This document shows positions 57,890 through 64,000 of a stretch of 64,000 bases of DNA, one piece after another. The DNA is taken from positions 63,957-127,956 of the forward strand of contig CAYMZK010000001.1 in NCBI GenBank assembly GCA_964394985.1, in the 5' to 3' direction. A program made the position numbers and the translations under genes. The notes beneath the pieces are model-generated. The model was given only the letters and a program-made list of their open reading frames with translations. It did not search any database and had not been told where the DNA came from. This DNA is from an uncultured Candidatus Saccharibacteria bacterium. Its GTDB lineage: Bacteria > Patescibacteriota > Minisyncoccia > Minisyncoccales > GWA2-38-27. How positions within the stretch are numbered: the first letter of the stretch is position 1; every line of letters begins with the position of its first letter.

Positions 57890-58936
57890 CTACTCAATAA
57901 ATGGTTTTACAATGTCTTCTGGGTTATCGATCGCCCATCTTAAAGGACATCCTCCGCCACAATCTTGATACATTATACAATCTCTACACTTGAACGAAGG
58001 ATATGATCCTACCTGGTTGTAATAACCCAACACAGTTTCTGAATTTATCCACTGCCTTAATGAATCAGCGTTAACAAAATCGGTTCCGTAATGCCCTATT
58101 GGATAACCAAATAGAGCGTTACACATTAAAATACTTCCACGCTCGTCCCATATCAAGCCCTTACCCTTCCTAAGCTGACATACGCTAATGATTTGATCTT
58201 TTTTCTTAAGCTGTTTGATAAATTCACGTTCGAAGAGACAAAAAGGAATCATCATTTCAAACACTAACTTGCCTTTTGTAATTTTATCCAACTCAGGATA
58301 ATCCCTCATAATATTGGATGCCAACTCACGAGAGGGAACCATGTAAGTTGAGTCTGGCTTATTGTCCGTAAAAGTCGTGGAACAAAAATTAATCTGAACT
58401 CCTTTCGCTCCACAATCCATTGCAAATTGAACCATCTCCGGAAGACTGCCACAGTAGAAAGAATTATAGGTAATTGCGATTTGGCAATAAAACGCAACAC
58501 AAGCTCTTTCTACCCCTTTTTTCATTTTGTCAAAATCAGCTGAGCCAGAAACTTCTTTAAATTGTTGTGGACCCCAAGCTTTGAGGGAAAGCCCCATTTT
58601 GTCATTTGGATTTCTTTGATATTCTTCCCAAAATTCATCATCTCCAAAACGAAGAGCGTTTGTTACTAAAATACTCTTTATCCCTATCTCTTTACAGAAA
58701 CGATTATATTTAGGAAGAGCATCCCACAAAGTAGGCTCTCCCCCAATAGGAAGCATCCCTTCAACCCCTATTTCTTTTGACAAGAGCGTTAAATCTCTTG
58801 CCAACTGAAAAGACATTTCGTTTGCCTGATAATCTGTCCCTTCAGCATAGCACCAACGACATCTCAGATTACATCTCCTGTTAACTGTAAGCCAAGACAT
58901 TTTTGGTTCAATTCTATTCTTCTTTCCTTCAAACAT
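57890..58936 (-). CDS. radical SAM enzyme with C-terminal SPASM domain (RiPP-maturase-like)
   Basis: CNLRCRWCY is the CxxxCxxC radical-SAM cluster. C-terminal CRDCIMYQDCGGGCP is the SPASM CxxCx5CxGGC motif. 348 aa. Confidence 0.8.
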   Translation of the reverse strand: MFEGKKNRIEPKMSWLTVNRRCNLRCRWCYAEGTDYQANEMSFQLARDLTLLSKEIGVEGMLPIGGEPTLWDALPKYNRFCKEIGIKSILVTNALRFGDDEFWEEYQRNPNDKMGLSLKAWGPQQFKEVSGSADFDKMKKGVERACVAFYCQIAITYNSFYCGSLPEMVQFAMDCGAKGVQINFCSTTFTDNKPDSTYMVPSRELASNIMRDYPELDKITKGKLVFEMMIPFCLFEREFIKQLKKKDQIISVCQLRKGKGLIWDERGSILMCNALFGYPIGHYGTDFVNADSLRQWINSETVLGYYNQVGSYPSFKCRDCIMYQDCGGGCPLRWAIDNPEDIVKPFIE

Positions 58937-59092
58937 TCTACACCCTACCTTTCTTATTTTAAAGAGCTAAGGAGCTAAAAATATTCTTTAGCTATTACCT
59001 TAATTTAACCACATTTTAAGAGCAATTGCAAACCATCCGGACTGGGTTCAAGGAATTAACGCACAATCAGACTAGTGGTATAGTAAGAGTAT

Positions 59093-59401
59093 ATGAAAAA
59101 GAAATACCACCGTCTAACTCTAGCTGATCGAGTTCCTAGGGGAGAGCTTAAGAAGGAATTAATGAGAGGATTAAGAAGAGAAAGAAGATTAAGACAGAGT
59201 AGAAAATATGCTCATTATCGCAAACAGAGAATTAAAGACATAGTAAGCATCTCTGAAAGGCCTAAAGAAGTAAAAGATAGAATTGTTCCTGGACACTGGG
59301 AAGGAGACCTAATAGTGGGAAAACAACACAGTAGCGCACTAGGAACATTGGTAGAAAGGACCACTAGATTAACTCTTTCTACGAGAAGTTTTATCAATTA
59401 A
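59093..59401 (+). pseudogene. IS30-family transposase fragment
   Basis: [12 protein letters not shown], the IS30 signature. Only 102 aa, with no DDE domain. Confidence 0.6.
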
Positions 59402-59514
59402 TTACTGGTCGGAAATGTGCACTAGAAACTTAAGTTCAGCTCCTGACCCTTTTTTCCCAATTAATAATATTTTATTTTTCTAAGAAAAAAAACTCCTGAC
59501 CCCTTTTTTCAAAT

Positions 59515-60489
59515 TTAAATATTTGGGTTTAATATTTTTTCGGCTGGAGAAATTCCTCCCAAAACCTTGTGAGGGAAATAATTCCAGACATCGTTTATTA
59601 AGTATAACATTCTTTCAAATTCTTCCGGACTTTGATTTTGATCAAGCTTTTTTACTATTTCATCTAATTCTTTATGGCTTTTTTCATTATAAATAATTTC
59701 TTTAATCTCATCTATAGTTATATTCGCTTTATATTTTTTGATTAAAGCCAGAAGGTTTTTTTCTATTTCTTTTCTTTTTTTAGCGATACTTTCTTTTGTC
59801 TCTTTTTTCACCGATTTTGCCATATCTGGATATACAAACATTTTGTCATCAAGACCGCTCATTTCAAGCTCATCCATCAACTCATTAGCAATATCGCCCT
59901 TAATACCCTCTTCTCTCCCAAAATTTTTTTCTAAGGCAGCAAGTCGCATCTGCTTTCTGGTTTCTGGGTTATTCTTTTCTTTTTTTATTTTTTCTTGCTC
60001 TTTTTTACTTAAATTTAAAAAGGATTTTTTTGTTTCTTGAGCAACCTCATAATTTTTTTTAACAAACTCACTTCCTAAACTTAGGCTTTTCGCTCGATTT
60101 ATCCACGCAAGACCTTCTTCAAAATCAAATTCACTAATATAACTACTGCCTAAATCAAGATATGCCTTGTAATCCATTAAATTTAAATTTACAGCATTTC
60201 TTAAATCCTTTCTTCCTTCCTCTGTCTTTCCTAGCATAATTTTTGTCCAGCCCAAACTTCTAATAACTTCCGGGTGATTAGGATCTAATCTATCTGCCTC
60301 TAAAAAAGATTTTTCTGCCAAAGAGAATAACCCTGTTTTTAATCTGGCGACTCCTAAAAGATAATACCCATAGGCATTATTTGGAAATTTTTTAATAATT
60401 TTTTTCAAAGCCAAAATTGCTTCAATAAATTTATTTTCATTCATTAAAGAATCTACTTCTTCAATATATTTTTCAAAATCTTTTTTCAT
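59515..60489 (-). CDS. TPR repeat protein
   Basis: Multiple TPR-like units (AYGYYLLGVARLKTGLFSLAEKSFLEADRLDPNH...). Confidence 0.6.
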   Translation of the reverse strand: MKKDFEKYIEEVDSLMNENKFIEAILALKKIIKKFPNNAYGYYLLGVARLKTGLFSLAEKSFLEADRLDPNHPEVIRSLGWTKIMLGKTEEGRKDLRNAVNLNLMDYKAYLDLGSSYISEFDFEEGLAWINRAKSLSLGSEFVKKNYEVAQETKKSFLNLSKKEQEKIKKEKNNPETRKQMRLAALEKNFGREEGIKGDIANELMDELEMSGLDDKMFVYPDMAKSVKKETKESIAKKRKEIEKNLLALIKKYKANITIDEIKEIIYNEKSHKELDEIVKKLDQNQSPEEFERMLYLINDVWNYFPHKVLGGISPAEKILNPNI

Positions 60490-60501
60490 AAGTTTACTTA
60501 T

Positions 60502-60693
60502 TTATTTATTTTTATCCTCTAGAAATTTTTCAAAAGACCGGTCGTAGGTCTTTTCTGCTTCTTTTGAAAAATAGCAACCCGGCAACTCCCCTCTTTCCCG
60601 ATGATATTTCACACACTCACAACAAAGCCCTTTCCTCTCACAAGGATAACTACAATTACAATTATTTAAATTTTCCTCTCTTCTGCACTCCAT
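60502..60693 (-). CDS. 63-aa Cys-rich small protein (duplicate)
   Basis: Identical to 54575-54766. Confidence 0.55.
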   Translation of the reverse strand: MECRREENLNNCNCSYPCERKGLCCECVKYHRERGELPGCYFSKEAEKTYDRSFEKFLEDKNK

Positions 60694-60836
60694 AATTTTT
60701 TATTATTTGAGTAAAGCCGGACTTCACCCAAGACTTACTTTCTTTAAGATTAACACTTTAGATGCCAAAAAACAACTTACCTACTTCTTTTTATTTTTTT
60801 ACTCCTGACCCCTTTTTTATTTGTGTAGTGCCATGG

Positions 60837-61973
60837 TTATTTAATAAAAATATTAATGTAATTCTTGTATGCATAACTTCTGTCGTATGTTCCTTTCTCG
60901 TCTTGTGCATACAAAATTCCTATCTTTATAAACCTATCTATAACTTTTTGAGCCCCTGCACGAGTAAAACCTGTCCAATCCATGACTTTTTTTGTATTCA
61001 CAATTGGTGAACCAAAAAGTTTTTGCAATACCAAAACGCCACTCTCAGATTCTCTTTTTGCAAGAGTTTGTATTTTAAGTATATCGATATCTCTTAGTTT
61101 CCTAATCTGACTTGTTATTTCTATTGATTCTTCTGCCGTTTCAATAACACCATCAAGGAAGAAATCTGCCCAGCTCTCAACATTACCATCATGATAATCA
61201 TCAAGTTTTTGATAATACACCTTTTGGTGTTTTTTAAAATAAGAAGACAGAAACAAGACAGGGTTCTCCAATAGATTCCTATGACATAATAAAAGTGTTA
61301 TCAGCAAACGCCCGGTTCTTCCGTTACCATCCAAAAATGGATGTATGGTTTCAAATTGTGCGTGCATAATTCCAATGTGTAATAACGGGAGTACTTTTTC
61401 CTCTTCATGAAGAAACCTTTCCAAATCATTTAGCGTGCGTTGCATTTCATCAACAGGAGACGGAACAAAATGTGCGTTATCCGGTCTTGTGCCCCCGATC
61501 CAATTTTGAGTTTTTCTAAATTCACCTGGATCAGAAAAATGTGTAGCTCGCGCCCCGGTCATCAGCTCTTTATGTATTTCTCTTATTAATCGCAGAGACA
61601 GCGGTAAATCCTTAAGACGACTTAAACCGTAATTCATTGCTTTTATATAATACAAAATGTCATCAGCATCTGTATCGTCTACACTAATACCCGCGTCCTT
61701 TTCAAGAGCATCAATGATGGTCGCCTTTGTCCCTTCTATCTGCGCTGAAGAAGTCGCGTCTTTCGCCACGAACATTTTCAAAAAGAAATCAACATCAGGA
61801 AGAGCACTTTCTGTAGTAGTTCCATCAAGCTTACCTACCAAACGGTCTGCTTTAGCGATTTTTAGTAAAATGTTTTGAGGTATTTCAAAAAGTCCTTTTG
61901 GAGGGAAAGGATTAGGAATAAGAGCTGAATACCCTTCTTTTTGCTTTATTTTTTTACCTATTTCTGTATTCAT
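60837..61973 (-). CDS. Fic/DOC family protein
   Basis: Fic motif HPFLDGNGRTGRLL; 378 aa. Confidence 0.8.
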   Translation of the reverse strand: MNTEIGKKIKQKEGYSALIPNPFPPKGLFEIPQNILLKIAKADRLVGKLDGTTTESALPDVDFFLKMFVAKDATSSAQIEGTKATIIDALEKDAGISVDDTDADDILYYIKAMNYGLSRLKDLPLSLRLIREIHKELMTGARATHFSDPGEFRKTQNWIGGTRPDNAHFVPSPVDEMQRTLNDLERFLHEEEKVLPLLHIGIMHAQFETIHPFLDGNGRTGRLLITLLLCHRNLLENPVLFLSSYFKKHQKVYYQKLDDYHDGNVESWADFFLDGVIETAEESIEITSQIRKLRDIDILKIQTLAKRESESGVLVLQKLFGSPIVNTKKVMDWTGFTRAGAQKVIDRFIKIGILYAQDEKGTYDRSYAYKNYINIFIK

Positions 61974-62044
61974 ATACTTAGTATCTATTGTCTTTATAGA
62001 TATATACTATCTTACATTATAGTATATATTTCGTCAATACATAC

Positions 62045-62093
62045 ATACTATCTCTCAAAACTTCATTCTCAAAAATATAATTTCCCGTCCACG
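62045..62093 (-). other. 43-bp remnant identical to part of the type III mod gene (44748-44795)
   Basis: cattctcaaaaatataatttcccgtccacgcttcctcaatttc is identical in both places. Translated on the minus strand it encodes [15 protein letters not shown], as in Mod. Confidence 0.55.
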
Positions 62094-62104
62094 CTTCCTC
62101 AATT

Positions 62105-63502
62105 TCATAATTTTATTTTTAGCTCGGATAATTTGCTCACGATCCATTTTTTCGCTTCTTGTTCGTCTTTTTCAATCGCCATTTCCACGCCTCGCTTGGC
62201 AATTTCAAGTAAAAATTTTGATAATTTTCTATCATTAAACGATTTTTCAATTAACTTTTTGATTTCTTTTTGTTTATCTACTTTTAAAATAGGAATTAAG
62301 GTTGCTTTTACTTGATCTGGTCTCCAATGGTTGATAATTGATCCGCCAGCGTCACGCTCAATTTGTTTCTGCACGATTACGGAATTTAAAACAAGTGTTA
62401 AGTACTCTGGTATTATCTGTTTGTTATCCATTTTTAATCTCAAAATACCACCAGATACAATCATTTTTTGCGGTTCTTCGTTCAAAAAATAGGCCGTGCC
62501 GGGCGTTGCGTCTTTTGAAAGCAGAATTTCACCTTTCTTTGGCTGATGTGTTTTTAATGTTTCGTATATTTCTTTGGATAAAAATTGCTGATTATTGGTA
62601 GAAAGCTCAAATTTTGAAAGATTGCTCACGCGGACAAAGGGCACACCGTTTTCTTGATATGCTTCGCTTCCCGGTTCAACACTCTTTTTCACTTTTACCA
62701 AATTTCCCAGCTCATCAAATCCGCTCTTGTATTTTTTCACCGCTTTAACGATTTCGTCATATTTCGGCTGAAAATATTCTGCGTCAAAACGATCTGATTC
62801 TTTGGTGTTGGAAAAGTTTTTGACAAAAGCGAGTTCGTGTTTTGGCTTCCAGCTTAAAAGTCTGAGTTCGGAAAGGAGTAATTGCTCGGCTTGGGAATAG
62901 AGATAGTCTGATTCTAAAACTAACTTGCAACATTGAGAAACTATTTTGTTTAATATTTCTCTTAACGCCAAAATATTTTTAGGTATCGGTAAATTTAATA
63001 AATCGTGTTCTTGAAATCTTGGGTGCTGAGTTCCGCCCTGTCCCCAAAATAAAATCTTTTGAACAAACTTGGTTAATAAAAAGGGAGTCAAGAAAGATAT
63101 ATTACCTTTATCCTTACCTCTCAATACAAAAAATTCAGTTGTTAAATATGCTTTATTAAGAAAGGTTGGTATGTATGCGATTTGTTTTAAATACGGTCTA
63201 AGTCTTGAGATTATGACATCTCCGCTTTTCGCCCTTCTTTTTAGGCTAATTCTTTCCTCTGTTTGTGCAAGATTCTTTGTAAGAATATGTGAAAATGCTG
63301 CTCCTGTATCATAAATTTCAACATTAGAATCTTTTGGAATTTCGTTTTTTTTAATACTTAAGATAATATCACTCAAAGAAATATTTGAGTTATCTTTTAA
63401 AATTCTGAGAGTATCCAGCTTTTCCGGATGATAATATTCCGAATCAATTCTAAAATCAGAATTTTCTTTTACCGTTTTATAATTTACAACTGAATATTGC
63501 AT
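62105..63502 (-). CDS. restriction-modification specificity subunit (HsdS-like, two target-recognition domains)
   Basis: Two internally similar halves (DFRIDSEYYHPEKLD against DRFDAEYFQPKYDE) and a conserved central spacer (PIPKNILALREILNKIV); 465 aa. Confidence 0.55.
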   Translation of the reverse strand: MQYSVVNYKTVKENSDFRIDSEYYHPEKLDTLRILKDNSNISLSDIILSIKKNEIPKDSNVEIYDTGAAFSHILTKNLAQTEERISLKRRAKSGDVIISRLRPYLKQIAYIPTFLNKAYLTTEFFVLRGKDKGNISFLTPFLLTKFVQKILFWGQGGTQHPRFQEHDLLNLPIPKNILALREILNKIVSQCCKLVLESDYLYSQAEQLLLSELRLLSWKPKHELAFVKNFSNTKESDRFDAEYFQPKYDEIVKAVKKYKSGFDELGNLVKVKKSVEPGSEAYQENGVPFVRVSNLSKFELSTNNQQFLSKEIYETLKTHQPKKGEILLSKDATPGTAYFLNEEPQKMIVSGGILRLKMDNKQIIPEYLTLVLNSVIVQKQIERDAGGSIINHWRPDQVKATLIPILKVDKQKEIKKLIEKSFNDRKLSKFLLEIAKRGVEMAIEKDEQEAKKWIVSKLSELKIKL

Positions 63503-63504
63503 AG

Positions 63505-63927
63505 TTATTTTTGAGTATTACCTAAAAAAATTTCCAAATCACAGATAGTCTGATAATTCGGGTTTCTTAATTCATAATCAAACCAAAAGTAGCTACTTAT
63601 ACGTAGCTTTTTTATTATAGTTCCCAGATTTTTTATATAATCATCCTTTAAATACAAATCTGTAGCACCTGCAGCATCGCTAAGATGTTTATTTTTGTGT
63701 GCCGCTGATTGATGACGAATTTTATGAAAATTATTTTGTTCAAATTCATTTTTTATTTTCTCTAACTTCTCTAAGCCCGACTGTCTTTTTTTCTTACGAA
63801 TATCTGCCAAAATATCACCGATTAGCCTTTCATCGTTATCAGAAAGAAAAGTATATAAAAAATAATCAGGGCAAGGGTAATCTTCGGATATTTTTTTAAC
63901 AAATTCATCAATCTTTTTATCTTCCAT
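63505..63927 (-). CDS. hypothetical protein
   Basis: 140 aa ORF, 3-nt gap to hsdS. Confidence 0.35.
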   Translation of the reverse strand: MEDKKIDEFVKKISEDYPCPDYFLYTFLSDNDERLIGDILADIRKKKRQSGLEKLEKIKNEFEQNNFHKIRHQSAAHKNKHLSDAAGATDLYLKDDYIKNLGTIIKKLRISSYFWFDYELRNPNYQTICDLEIFLGNTQK

Positions 63928-64000
63928 TGAAACACTAATAGATTTTTCTTTGTTAATTATTCCCCCAAGAAGTGGCTTTATTATTAACTCTTCTTTTTTG

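Noticed and set aside
46453-58500. Internal minus-strand ORFs 46453-46698 (inside mod) and 58306-58500 (inside rSAM)
   Set aside because: Out-of-frame overlaps within strongly supported genes.

Overview
This window is AT-rich (about 30-35% GC by eye) and looks like it comes from an ultra-small CPR/Patescibacteria-type bacterium; that assignment is inference from the sequence features, not a database result. The first 16.5 kb is core-like: convergent TPR genes, two giant secreted surface proteins (one with a peptidoglycan-binding domain, one with a beta-helix plus lamin-tail-like architecture), an ECF sigma / anti-sigma pair, and the cell-shape operon mreC-mreD-PBP2. Next comes a minus-strand 5S gene and an intron-riddled 23S gene of about 5.6 kb that carries three LAGLIDADG homing-endonuclease ORFs. 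From about 22.4 kb to the end the window is a mosaic accessory region. It holds two truncated IS30-family transposases and many exact intergenic repeats. It holds a GC-rich, inverted-repeat-bounded cassette with a divergent class-II LysRS-like gene and a PheRS-alpha-like gene. It holds a MccD/MccE/MccF-like operon (SAM methyltransferase fold, PLP decarboxylase, S66 peptidase) plus two tandem dCTP-deaminase paralogs. It holds a second PheRS-like gene that looks monomeric and mitochondrial-type, HD/NUDIX/nucleotidyltransferase/glycosyltransferase genes, and a type III restriction-modification system. It holds a two-component system, and a Fic gene next to an HsdS-like gene. The most novel-looking locus is a repeated three-gene module: a radical-SAM/SPASM maturase, a small Cys-rich precursor peptide with a C(N/D)C(D/R)GC C-terminus, and an HExxH protein. 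There is one intact copy at 57.0-58.9 kb and one decayed copy at 50.9-52.4 kb. Both precursor peptides are below the 60-aa cut-off of the ORF track, so I found them by hand-translating the minus strand. No CRISPR array or convincing tRNA was seen.
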